A stretch of 64,000 bases of DNA from Naegleria gruberi (Eukaryota): NCBI GenBank assembly GCA_000004985.1, contig GG738847.1; one strand, given 5' to 3'. Each line of letters starts with the position of its first letter. Position 1 is the first letter of the stretch. Under the pieces are notes generated by a model that did no database searches, was not told the origin of the DNA, and saw only the letters and a list, made by a program, of their open reading frames with translations. The position numbers and the translations under genes are program-made. Of this stretch, positions 1 to 12,000 are shown in pieces.

Positions 1-3000
1 NNNNNNNNNNNNNNNNNNNNNNNNNNNNNNNNNNNNNNNNNNNNNNNNNNNNNNNNNNNNNNNNNNNNNNNNNNNNNNNNNNNNNNNNNNNNNNNNNNNN
101 NNNNNNNNNNNNNNNNNNNNNNNNNNNNNNNNNNNNNNNNNNNNNNNNNNNNNNNNNNNNNNNNNNNNNNNNNNNNNNNNNNNNNNNNNNNNNNNNNNNN
201 NNNNNNNNNNNNNNNNNNNNNNNNNNNNNNNNNNNNNNNNNNNNNNNNNNNNNNNNNNNNNNNNNNNNNNNNNNNNNNNNNNNNNNNNNNNNNNNNNNNN
301 NNNNNNNNNNNNNNNNNNNNNNNNNNNNNNNNNNNNNNNNNNNNNNNNNNNNNNNNNNNNNNNNNNNNNNNNNNNNNNNNNNNNNNNNNNNNNNNNNNNN
401 NNNNNNNNNNNNNNNNNNNNNNNNNNNNNNNNNNNNNNNNNNNNNNNNNNNNNNNNNNNNNNNNNNNNNNNNNNNNNNNNNNNNNNNNNNNNNNNNNNNN
501 NNNNNNNNNNNNNNNNNNNNNNNNNNNNNNNNNNNNNNNNNNNNNNNNNNNNNNNNNNNNNNNNNNNNNNNNNNNNNNNNNNNNNNNNNNNNNNNNNNNN
601 NNNNNNNNNNNNNNNNNNNNNNNNNNNNNNNNNNNNNNNNNNNNNNNNNNNNNNNNNNNNNNNNNNNNNNNNNNNNNNNNNNNNNNNNNNNNNNNNNNNN
701 NNNNNNNNNNNNNNNNNNNNNNNNNNNNNNNNNNNNNNNNNNNNNNNNNNNNNNNNNNNNNNNNNNNNNNNNNNNNNNNNNNNNNNNNNNNNNNNNNNNN
801 NNNNNNNNNNNNNNNNNNNNNNNNNNNNNNNNNNNNNNNNNNNNNNNNNNNNNNNNNNNNNNNNNNNNNNNNNNNNNNNNNNNNNNNNNNNNNNNNNNNN
901 NNNNNNNNNNNNNNNNNNNNNNNNNNNNNNNNNNNNNNNNNNNNNNNNNNNNNNNNNNNNNNNNNNNNNNNNNNNNNNNNNNNNNNNNNNNNNNNNNNNN
1001 NNNNNNNNNNNNNNNNNNNNNNNNNNNNNNNNNNNNNNNNNNNNNNNNNNNNNNNNNNNNNNNNNNNNNNNNNNNNNNNNNNNNNNNNNNNNNNNNNNNN
1101 NNNNNNNNNNNNNNNNNNNNNNNNNNNNNNNNNNNNNNNNNNNNNNNNNNNNNNNNNNNNNNNNNNNNNNNNNNNNNNNNNNNNNNNNNNNNNNNNNNNN
1201 NNNNNNNNNNNNNNNNNNNNNNNNNNNNNNNNNNNNNNNNNNNNNNNNNNNNNNNNNNNNNNNNNNNNNNNNNNNNNNNNNNNNNNNNNNNNNNNNNNNN
1301 NNNNNNNNNNNNNNNNNNNNNNNNNNNNNNNNNNNNNNNNNNNNNNNNNNNNNNNNNNNNNNNNNNNNNNNNNNNNNNNNNNNNNNNNNNNNNNNNNNNN
1401 NNNNNNNNNNNNNNNNNNNNNNNNNNNNNNNNNNNNNNNNNNNNNNNNNNNNNNNNNNNNNNNNNNNNNNNNNNNNNNNNNNNNNNNNNNNNNNNNNNNN
1501 NNNNNNNNNNNNNNNNNNNNNNNNNNNNNNNNNNNNNNNNNNNNNNNNNNNNNNNNNNNNNNNNNNNNNNNNNNNNNNNNNNNNNNNNNNNNNNNNNNNN
1601 NNNNNNNNNNNNNNNNNNNNNNNNNNNNNNNNNNNNNNNNNNNNNNNNNNNNNNNNNNNNNNNNNNNNNNNNNNNNNNNNNNNNNNNNNNNNNNNNNNNN
1701 NNNNNNNNNNNNNNNNNNNNNNNNNNNNNNNNNNNNNNNNNNNNNNNNNNNNNNNNNNNNNNNNNNNNNNNNNNNNNNNNNNNNNNNNNNNNNNNNNNNN
1801 NNNNNNNNNNNNNNNNNNNNNNNNNNNNNNNNNNNNNNNNNNNNNNNNNNNNNNNNNNNNNNNNNNNNNNNNNNNNNNNNNNNNNNNNNNNNNNNNNNNN
1901 NNNNNNNNNNNNNNNNNNNNNNNNNNNNNNNNNNNNNNNNNNNNNNNNNNNNNNNNNNNNNNNNNNNNNNNNNNNNNNNNNNNNNNNNNNNNNNNNNNNN
2001 NNNNNNNNNNNNNNNNNNNNNNNNNNNNNNNNNNNNNNNNNNNNNNNNNNNNNNNNNNNNNNNNNNNNNNNNNNNNNNNNNNNNNNNNNNNNNNNNNNNN
2101 NNNNNNNNNNNNNNNNNNNNNNNNNNNNNNNNNNNNNNNNNNNNNNNNNNNNNNNNNNNNNNNNNNNNNNNNNNNNNNNNNNNNNNNNNNNNNNNNNNNN
2201 NNNNNNNNNNNNNNNNNNNNNNNNNNNNNNNNNNNNNNNNNNNNNNNNNNNNNNNNNNNNNNNNNNNNNNNNNNNNNNNNNNNNNNNNNNNNNNNNNNNN
2301 NNNNNNNNNNNNNNNNNNNNNNNNNNNNNNNNNNNNNNNNNNNNNNNNNNNNNNNNNNNNNNNNNNNNNNNNNNNNNNNNNNNNNNNNNNNNNNNNNNNN
2401 NNNNNNNNNNNNNNNNNNNNNNNNNNNNNNNNNNNNNNNNNNNNNNNNNNNNNNNNNNNNNNNNNNNNNNNNNNNNNNNNNNNNNNNNNNNNNNNNNNNN
2501 NNNNNNNNNNNNNNNNNNNNNNNNNNNNNNNNNNNNNNNNNNNNNNNNNNNNNNNNNNNNNNNNNNNNNNNNNNNNNNNNNNNNNNNNNNNNNNNNNNNN
2601 NNNNNNNNNNNNNNNNNNNNNNNNNNNNNNNNNNNNNNNNNNNNNNNNNNNNNNNNNNNNNNNNNNNNNNNNNNNNNNNNNNNNNNNNNNNNNNNNNNNN
2701 NNNNNNNNNNNNNNNNNNNNNNNNNNNNNNNNNNNNNNNNNNNNNNNNNNNNNNNNNNNNNNNNNNNNNNNNNNNNNNNNNNNNNNNNNNNNNNNNNNNN
2801 NNNNNNNNNNNNNNNNNNNNNNNNNNNNNNNNNNNNNNNNNNNNNNNNNNNNNNNNNNNNNNNNNNNNNNNNNNNNNNNNNNNNNNNNNNNNNNNNNNNN
2901 NNNNNNNNNNNNNNNNNNNNNNNNNNNNNNNNNNNNNNNNNNNNNNNNNNNNNNNNNNNNNNNNNNNNNNNNNNNNNNNNNNNNNNNNNNNNNNNNNNNN

Positions 3001-6000
3001 NNNNNNNNNNNNNNNNNNNNNNNNNNNNNNNNNNNNNNNNNNNNNNNNNNNNNNNNNNNNNNNNNNNNNNNNNNNNNNNNNNNNNNNNNNNNNNNNNNNN
3101 NNNNNNNNNNNNNNNNNNNNNNNNNNNNNNNNNNNNNNNNNNNNNNNNNNNNNNNNNNNNNNNNNNNNNNNNNNNNNNNNNNNNNNNNNNNNNNNNNNNN
3201 NNNNNNNNNNNNNNNNNNNNNNNNNNNNNNNNNNNNNNNNNNNNNNNNNNNNNNNNNNNNNNNNNNNNNNNNNNNNNNNNNNNNNNNNNNNNNNNNNNNN
3301 NNNNNNNNNNNNNNNNNNNNNNNNNNNNNNNNNNNNNNNNNNNNNNNNNNNNNNNNNNNNNNNNNNNNNNNNNNNNNNNNNNNNNNNNNNNNNNNNNNNN
3401 NNNNNNNNNNNNNNNNNNNNNNNNNNNNNNNNNNNNNNNNNNNNNNNNNNNNNNNNNNNNNNNNNNNNNNNNNNNNNNNNNNNNNNNNNNNNNNNNNNNN
3501 NNNNNNNNNNNNNNNNNNNNNNNNNNNNNNNNNNNNNNNNNNNNNNNNNNNNNNNNNNNNNNNNNNNNNNNNNNNNNNNNNNNNNNNNNNNNNNNNNNNN
3601 NNNNNNNNNNNNNNNNNNNNNNNNNNNNNNNNNNNNNNNNNNNNNNNNNNNNNNNNNNNNNNNNNNNNNNNNNNNNNNNNNNNNNNNNNNNNNNNNNNNN
3701 NNNNNNNNNNNNNNNNNNNNNNNNNNNNNNNNNNNNNNNNNNNNNNNNNNNNNNNNNNNNNNNNNNNNNNNNNNNNNNNNNNNNNNNNNNNNNNNNNNNN
3801 NNNNNNNNNNNNNNNNNNNNNNNNNNNNNNNNNNNNNNNNNNNNNNNNNNNNNNNNNNNNNNNNNNNNNNNNNNNNNNNNNNNNNNNNNNNNNNNNNNNN
3901 NNNNNNNNNNNNNNNNNNNNNNNNNNNNNNNNNNNNNNNNNNNNNNNNNNNNNNNNNNNNNNNNNNNNNNNNNNNNNNNNNNNNNNNNNNNNNNNNNNNN
4001 NNNNNNNNNNNNNNNNNNNNNNNNNNNNNNNNNNNNNNNNNNNNNNNNNNNNNNNNNNNNNNNNNNNNNNNNNNNNNNNNNNNNNNNNNNNNNNNNNNNN
4101 NNNNNNNNNNNNNNNNNNNNNNNNNNNNNNNNNNNNNNNNNNNNNNNNNNNNNNNNNNNNNNNNNNNNNNNNNNNNNNNNNNNNNNNNNNNNNNNNNNNN
4201 NNNNNNNNNNNNNNNNNNNNNNNNNNNNNNNNNNNNNNNNNNNNNNNNNNNNNNNNNNNNNNNNNNNNNNNNNNNNNNNNNNNNNNNNNNNNNNNNNNNN
4301 NNNNNNNNNNNNNNNNNNNNNNNNNNNNNNNNNNNNNNNNNNNNNNNNNNNNNNNNNNNNNNNNNNNNNNNNNNNNNNNNNNNNNNNNNNNNNNNNNNNN
4401 NNNNNNNNNNNNNNNNNNNNNNNNNNNNNNNNNNNNNNNNNNNNNNNNNNNNNNNNNNNNNNNNNNNNNNNNNNNNNNNNNNNNNNNNNNNNNNNNNNNN
4501 NNNNNNNNNNNNNNNNNNNNNNNNNNNNNNNNNNNNNNNNNNNNNNNNNNNNNNNNNNNNNNNNNNNNNNNNNNNNNNNNNNNNNNNNNNNNNNNNNNNN
4601 NNNNNNNNNNNNNNNNNNNNNNNNNNNNNNNNNNNNNNNNNNNNNNNNNNNNNNNNNNNNNNNNNNNNNNNNNNNNNNNNNNNNNNNNNNNNNNNNNNNN
4701 NNNNNNNNNNNNNNNNNNNNNNNNNNNNNNNNNNNNNNNNNNNNNNNNNNNNNNNNNNNNNNNNNNNNNNNNNNNNNNNNNNNNNNNNNNNNNNNNNNNN
4801 NNNNNNNNNNNNNNNNNNNNNNNNNNNNNNNNNNNNNNNNNNNNNNNNNNNNNNNNNNNNNNNNNNNNNNNNNNNNNNNNNNNNNNNNNNNNNNNNNNNN
4901 NNNNNNNNNNNNNNNNNNNNNNNNNNNNNNNNNNNNNNNNNNNNNNNNNNNNNNNNNNNNNNNNNNNNNNNNNNNNNNNNNNNNNNNNNNNNNNNNNNNN
5001 NNNNNNNNNNNNNNNNNNNNNNNNNNNNNNNNNNNNNNNNNNNNNNNNNNNNNNNNNNNNNNNNNNNNNNNNNNNNNNNNNNNNNNNNNNNNNNNNNNNN
5101 NNNNNNNNNNNNNNNNNNNNNNNNNNNNNNNNNNNNNNNNNNNNNNNNNNNNNNNNNNNNNNNNNNNNNNNNNNNNNNNNNNNNNNNNNNNNNNNNNNNN
5201 NNNNNNNNNNNNNNNNNNNNNNNNNNNNNNNNNNNNNNNNNNNNNNNNNNNNNNNNNNNNNNNNNNNNNNNNNNNNNNNNNNNNNNNNNNNNNNNNNNNN
5301 NNNNNNNNNNNNNNNNNNNNNNNNNNNNNNNNNNNNNNNNNNNNNNNNNNNNNNNNNNNNNNNNNNNNNNNNNNNNNNNNNNNNNNNNNNNNNNNNNNNN
5401 NNNNNNNNNNNNNNNNNNNNNNNNNNNNNNNNNNNNNNNNNNNNNNNNNNNNNNNNNNNNNNNNNNNNNNNNNNNNNNNNNNNNNNNNNNNNNNNNNNNN
5501 NNNNNNNNNNNNNNNNNNNNNNNNNNNNNNNNNNNNNNNNNNNNNNNNNNNNNNNNNNNNNNNNNNNNNNNNNNNNNNNNNNNNNNNNNNNNNNNNNNNN
5601 NNNNNNNNNNNNNNNNNNNNNNNNNNNNNNNNNNNNNNNNNNNNNNNNNNNNNNNNNNNNNNNNNNNNNNNNNNNNNNNNNNNNNNNNNNNNNNNNNNNN
5701 NNNNNNNNNNNNNNNNNNNNNNNNNNNNNNNNNNNNNNNNNNNNNNNNNNNNNNNNNNNNNNNNNNNNNNNNNNNNNNNNNNNNNNNNNNNNNNNNNNNN
5801 NNNNNNNNNNNNNNNNNNNNNNNNNNNNNNNNNNNNNNNNNNNNNNNNNNNNNNNNNNNNNNNNNNNNNNNNNNNNNNNNNNNNNNNNNNNNNNNNNNNN
5901 NNNNNNNNNNNNNNNNNNNNNNNNNNNNNNNNNNNNNNNNNNNNNNNNNNNNNNNNNNNNNNNNNNNNNNNNNNNNNNNNNNNNNNNNNNNNNNNNNNNN

Positions 6001-9000
6001 NNNNNNNNNNNNNNNNNNNNNNNNNNNNNNNNNNNNNNNNNNNNNNNNNNNNNNNNNNNNNNNNNNNNNNNNNNNNNNNNNNNNNNNNNNNNNNNNNNNN
6101 NNNNNNNNNNNNNNNNNNNNNNNNNNNNNNNNNNNNNNNNNNNNNNNNNNNNNNNNNNNNNNNNNNNNNNNNNNNNNNNNNNNNNNNNNNNNNNNNNNNN
6201 NNNNNNNNNNNNNNNNNNNNNNNNNNNNNNNNNNNNNNNNNNNNNNNNNNNNNNNNNNNNNNNNNNNNNNNNNNNNNNNNNNNNNNNNNNNNNNNNNNNN
6301 NNNNNNNNNNNNNNNNNNNNNNNNNNNNNNNNNNNNNNNNNNNNNNNNNNNNNNNNNNNNNNNNNNNNNNNNNNNNNNNNNNNNNNNNNNNNNNNNNNNN
6401 NNNNNNNNNNNNNNNNNNNNNNNNNNNNNNNNNNNNNNNNNNNNNNNNNNNNNNNNNNNNNNNNNNNNNNNNNNNNNNNNNNNNNNNNNNNNNNNNNNNN
6501 NNNNNNNNNNNNNNNNNNNNNNNNNNNNNNNNNNNNNNNNNNNNNNNNNNNNNNNNNNNNNNNNNNNNNNNNNNNNNNNNNNNNNNNNNNNNNNNNNNNN
6601 NNNNNNNNNNNNNNNNNNNNNNNNNNNNNNNNNNNNNNNNNNNNNNNNNNNNNNNNNNNNNNNNNNNNNNNNNNNNNNNNNNNNNNNNNNNNNNNNNNNN
6701 NNNNNNNNNNNNNNNNNNNNNNNNNNNNNNNNNNNNNNNNNNNNNNNNNNNNNNNNNNNNNNNNNNNNNNNNNNNNNNNNNNNNNNNNNNNNNNNNNNNN
6801 NNNNNNNNNNNNNNNNNNNNNNNNNNNNNNNNNNNNNNNNNNNNNNNNNNNNNNNNNNNNNNNNNNNNNNNNNNNNNNNNNNNNNNNNNNNNNNNNNNNN
6901 NNNNNNNNNNNNNNNNNNNNNNNNNNNNNNNNNNNNNNNNNNNNNNNNNNNNNNNNNNNNNNNNNNNNNNNNNNNNNNNNNNNNNNNNNNNNNNNNNNNN
7001 NNNNNNNNNNNNNNNNNNNNNNNNNNNNNNNNNNNNNNNNNNNNNNNNNNNNNNNNNNNNNNNNNNNNNNNNNNNNNNNNNNNNNNNNNNNNNNNNNNNN
7101 NNNNNNNNNNNNNNNNNNNNNNNNNNNNNNNNNNNNNNNNNNNNNNNNNNNNNNNNNNNNNNNNNNNNNNNNNNNNNNNNNNNNNNNNNNNNNNNNNNNN
7201 NNNNNNNNNNNNNNNNNNNNNNNNNNNNNNNNNNNNNNNNNNNNNNNNNNNNNNNNNNNNNNNNNNNNNNNNNNNNNNNNNNNNNNNNNNNNNNNNNNNN
7301 NNNNNNNNNNNNNNNNNNNNNNNNNNNNNNNNNNNNNNNNNNNNNNNNNNNNNNNNNNNNNNNNNNNNNNNNNNNNNNNNNNNNNNNNNNNNNNNNNNNN
7401 NNNNNNNNNNNNNNNNNNNNNNNNNNNNNNNNNNNNNNNNNNNNNNNNNNNNNNNNNNNNNNNNNNNNNNNNNNNNNNNNNNNNNNNNNNNNNNNNNNNN
7501 NNNNNNNNNNNNNNNNNNNNNNNNNNNNNNNNNNNNNNNNNNNNNNNNNNNNNNNNNNNNNNNNNNNNNNNNNNNNNNNNNNNNNNNNNNNNNNNNNNNN
7601 NNNNNNNNNNNNNNNNNNNNNNNNNNNNNNNNNNNNNNNNNNNNNNNNNNNNNNNNNNNNNNNNNNNNNNNNNNNNNNNNNNNNNNNNNNNNNNNNNNNN
7701 NNNNNNNNNNNNNNNNNNNNNNNNNNNNNNNNNNNNNNNNNNNNNNNNNNNNNNNNNNNNNNNNNNNNNNNNNNNNNNNNNNNNNNNNNNNNNNNNNNNN
7801 NNNNNNNNNNNNNNNNNNNNNNNNNNNNNNNNNNNNNNNNNNNNNNNNNNNNNNNNNNNNNNNNNNNNNNNNNNNNNNNNNNNNNNNNNNNNNNNNNNNN
7901 NNNNNNNNNNNNNNNNNNNNNNNNNNNNNNNNNNNNNNNNNNNNNNNNNNNNNNNNNNNNNNNNNNNNNNNNNNNNNNNNNNNNNNNNNNNNNNNNNNNN
8001 NNNNNNNNNNNNNNNNNNNNNNNNNNNNNNNNNNNNNNNNNNNNNNNNNNNNNNNNNNNNNNNNNNNNNNNNNNNNNNNNNNNNNNNNNNNNNNNNNNNN
8101 NNNNNNNNNNNNNNNNNNNNNNNNNNNNNNNNNNNNNNNNNNNNNNNNNNNNNNNNNNNNNNNNNNNNNNNNNNNNNNNNNNNNNNNNNNNNNNNNNNNN
8201 NNNNNNNNNNNNNNNNNNNNNNNNNNNNNNNNNNNNNNNNNNNNNNNNNNNNNNNNNNNNNNNNNNNNNNNNNNNNNNNNNNNNNNNNNNNNNNNNNNNN
8301 NNNNNNNNNNNNNNNNNNNNNNNNNNNNNNNNNNNNNNNNNNNNNNNNNNNNNNNNNNNNNNNNNNNNNNNNNNNNNNNNNNNNNNNNNNNNNNNNNNNN
8401 NNNNNNNNNNNNNNNNNNNNNNNNNNNNNNNNNNNNNNNNNNNNNNNNNNNNNNNNNNNNNNNNNNNNNNNNNNNNNNNNNNNNNNNNNNNNNNNNNNNN
8501 NNNNNNNNNNNNNNNNNNNNNNNNNNNNNNNNNNNNNNNNNNNNNNNNNNNNNNNNNNNNNNNNNNNNNNNNNNNNNNNNNNNNNNNNNNNNNNNNNNNN
8601 NNNNNNNNNNNNNNNNNNNNNNNNNNNNNNNNNNNNNNNNNNNNNNNNNNNNNNNNNNNNNNNNNNNNNNNNNNNNNNNNNNNNNNNNNNNNNNNNNNNN
8701 NNNNNNNNNNNNNNNNNNNNNNNNNNNNNNNNNNNNNNNNNNNNNNNNNNNNNNNNNNNNNNNNNNNNNNNNNNNNNNNNNNNNNNNNNNNNNNNNNNNN
8801 NNNNNNNNNNNNNNNNNNNNNNNNNNNNNNNNNNNNNNNNNNNNNNNNNNNNNNNNNNNNNNNNNNNNNNNNNNNNNNNNNNNNNNNNNNNNNNNNNNNN
8901 NNNNNNNNNNNNNNNNNNNNNNNNNNNNNNNNNNNNNNNNNNNNNNNNNNNNNNNNNNNNNNNNNNNNNNNNNNNNNNNNNNNNNNNNNNNNNNNNNNNN

Positions 9001-12000
9001 NNNNNNNNNNNNNNNNNNNNNNNNNNNNNNNNNNNNNNNNNNNNNNNNNNNNNNNNNNNNNNNNNNNNNNNNNNNNNNNNNNNNNNNNNNNNNNNNNNNN
9101 NNNNNNNNNNNNNNNNNNNNNNNNNNNNNNNNNNNNNNNNNNNNNNNNNNNNNNNNNNNNNNNNNNNNNNNNNNNNNNNNNNNNNNNNNNNNNNNNNNNN
9201 NNNNNNNNNNNNNNNNNNNNNNNNNNNNNNNNNNNNNNNNNNNNNNNNNNNNNNNNNNNNNNNNNNNNNNNNNNNNNNNNNNNNNNNNNNNNNNNNNNNN
9301 NNNNNNNNNNNNNNNNNNNNNNNNNNNNNNNNNNNNNNNNNNNNNNNNNNNNNNNNNNNNNNNNNNNNNNNNNNNNNNNNNNNNNNNNNNNNNNNNNNNN
9401 NNNNNNNNNNNNNNNNNNNNNNNNNNNNNNNNNNNNNNNNNNNNNNNNNNNNNNNNNNNNNNNNNNNNNNNNNNNNNNNNNNNNNNNNNNNNNNNNNNNN
9501 NNNNNNNNNNNNNNNNNNNNNNNNNNNNNNNNNNNNNNNNNNNNNNNNNNNNNNNNNNNNNNNNNNNNNNNNNNNNNNNNNNNNNNNNNNNNNNNNNNNN
9601 NNNNNNNNNNNNNNNNNNNNNNNNNNNNNNNNNNNNNNNNNNNNNNNNNNNNNNNNNNNNNNNNNNNNNNNNNNNNNNNNNNNNNNNNNNNNNNNNNNNN
9701 NNNNNNNNNNNNNNNNNNNNNNNNNNNNNNNNNNNNNNNNNNNNNNNNNNNNNNNNNNNNNNNNNNNNNNNNNNNNNNNNNNNNNNNNNNNNNNNNNNNN
9801 NNNNNNNNNNNNNNNNNNNNNNNNNNNNNNNNNNNNNNNNNNNNNNNNNNNNNNNNNNNNNNNNNNNNNNNNNNNNNNNNNNNNNNNNNNNNNNNNNNNN
9901 NNNNNNNNNNNNNNNNNNNNNNNNNNNNNNNNNNNNNNNNNNNNNNNNNNNNNNNNNNNNNNNNNNNNNNNNNNNNNNNNNNNNNNNNNNNNNNNNNNNN
10001 NNNNNNNNNNNNNNNNNNNNNNNNNNNNNNNNNNNNNNNNNNNNNNNNNNNNNNNNNNNNNNNNNNNNNNNNNNNNNNNNNNNNNNNNNNNNNNNNNNNN
10101 NNNNNNNNNNNNNNNNNNNNNNNNNNNNNNNNNNNNNNNNNNNNNNNNNNNNNNNNNNNNNNNNNNNNNNNNNNNNNNNNNNNNNNNNNNNNNNNNNNNN
10201 NNNNNNNNNNNNNNNNNNNNNNNNNNNNNNNNNNNNNNNNNNNNNNNNNNNNNNNNNNNNNNNNNNNNNNNNNNNNNNNNNNNNNNNNNNNNNNNNNNNN
10301 NNNNNNNNNNNNNNNNNNNNNNNNNNNNNNNNNNNNNNNNNNNNNNNNNNNNNNNNNNNNNNNNNNNNNNNNNNNNNNNNNNNNNNNNNNNNNNNNNNNN
10401 NNNNNNNNNNNNNNNNNNNNNNNNNNNNNNNNNNNNNNNNNNNNNNNNNNNNNNNNNNNNNNNNNNNNNNNNNNNNNNNNNNNNNNNNNNNNNNNNNNNN
10501 NNNNNNNNNNNNNNNNNNNNNNNNNNNNNNNNNNNNNNNNNNNNNNNNNNNNNNNNNNNNNNNNNNNNNNNNNNNNNNNNNNNNNNNNNNNNNNNNNNNN
10601 NNNNNNNNNNNNNNNNNNNNNNNNNNNNNNNNNNNNNNNNNNNNNNNNNNNNNNNNNNNNNNNNNNNNNNNNNNNNNNNNNNNNNNNNNNNNNNNNNNNN
10701 NNNNNNNNNNNNNNNNNNNNNNNNNNNNNNNNNNNNNNNNNNNNNNNNNNNNNNNNNNNNNNNNNNNNNNNNNNNNNNNNNNNNNNNNNNNNNNNNNNNN
10801 NNNNNNNNNNNNNNNNNNNNNNNNNNNNNNNNNNNNNNNNNNNNNNNNNNNNNNNNNNNNNNNNNNNNNNNNNNNNNNNNNNNNNNNNNNNNNNNNNNNN
10901 NNNNNNNNNNNNNNNNNNNNNNNNNNNNNNNNNNNNNNNNNNNNNNNNNNNNNNNNNNNNNNNNNNNNNNNNNNNNNNNNNNNNNNNNNNNNNNNNNNNN
11001 NNNNNNNNNNNNNNNNNNNNNNNNNNNNNNNNNNNNNNNNNNNNNNNNNNNNNNNNNNNNNNNNNNNNNNNNNNNNNNNNNNNNNNNNNNNNNNNNNNNN
11101 NNNNNNNNNNNNNNNNNNNNNNNNNNNNNNNNNNNNNNNNNNNNNNNNNNNNNNNNNNNNNNNNNNNNNNNNNNNNNNNNNNNNNNNNNNNNNNNNNNNN
11201 NNNNNNNNNNNNNNNNNNNNNNNNNNNNNNNNNNNNNNNNNNNNNNNNNNNNNNNNNNNNNNNNNNNNNNNNNNNNNNNNNNNNNNNNNNNNNNNNNNNN
11301 NNNNNNNNNNNNNNNNNNNNNNNNNNNNNNNNNNNNNNNNNNNNNNNNNNNNNNNNNNNNNNNNNNNNNNNNNNNNNNNNNNNNNNNNNNNNNNNNNNNN
11401 NNNNNNNNNNNNNNNNNNNNNNNNNNNNNNNNNNNNNNNNNNNNNNNNNNNNNNNNNNNNNNNNNNNNNNNNNNNNNNNNNNNNNNNNNNNNNNNNNNNN
11501 NNNNNNNNNNNNNNNNNNNNNNNNNNNNNNNNNNNNNNNNNNNNNNNNNNNNNNNNNNNNNNNNNNNNNNNNNNNNNNNNNNNNNNNNNNNNNNNNNNNN
11601 NNNNNNNNNNNNNNNNNNNNNNNNNNNNNNNNNNNNNNNNNNNNNNNNNNNNNNNNNNNNNNNNNNNNNNNNNNNNNNNNNNNNNNNNNNNNNNNNNNNN
11701 NNNNNNNNNNNNNNNNNNNNNNNNNNNNNNNNNNNNNNNNNNNNNNNNNNNNNNNNNNNNNNNNNNNNNNNNNNNNNNNNNNNNNNNNNNNNNNNNNNNN
11801 NNNNNNNNNNNNNNNNNNNNNNNNNNNNNNNNNNNNNNNNNNNNNNNNNNNNNNNNNNNNNNNNNNNNNNNNNNNNNNNNNNNNNNNNNNNNNNNNNNNN
11901 NNNNNNNNNNNNNNNNNNNNNNNNNNNNNNNNNNNNNNNNNNNNNNNNNNNNNNNNNNNNNNNNNNNNNNNNNNNNNNNNNNNNNNNNNNNNNNNNNNNN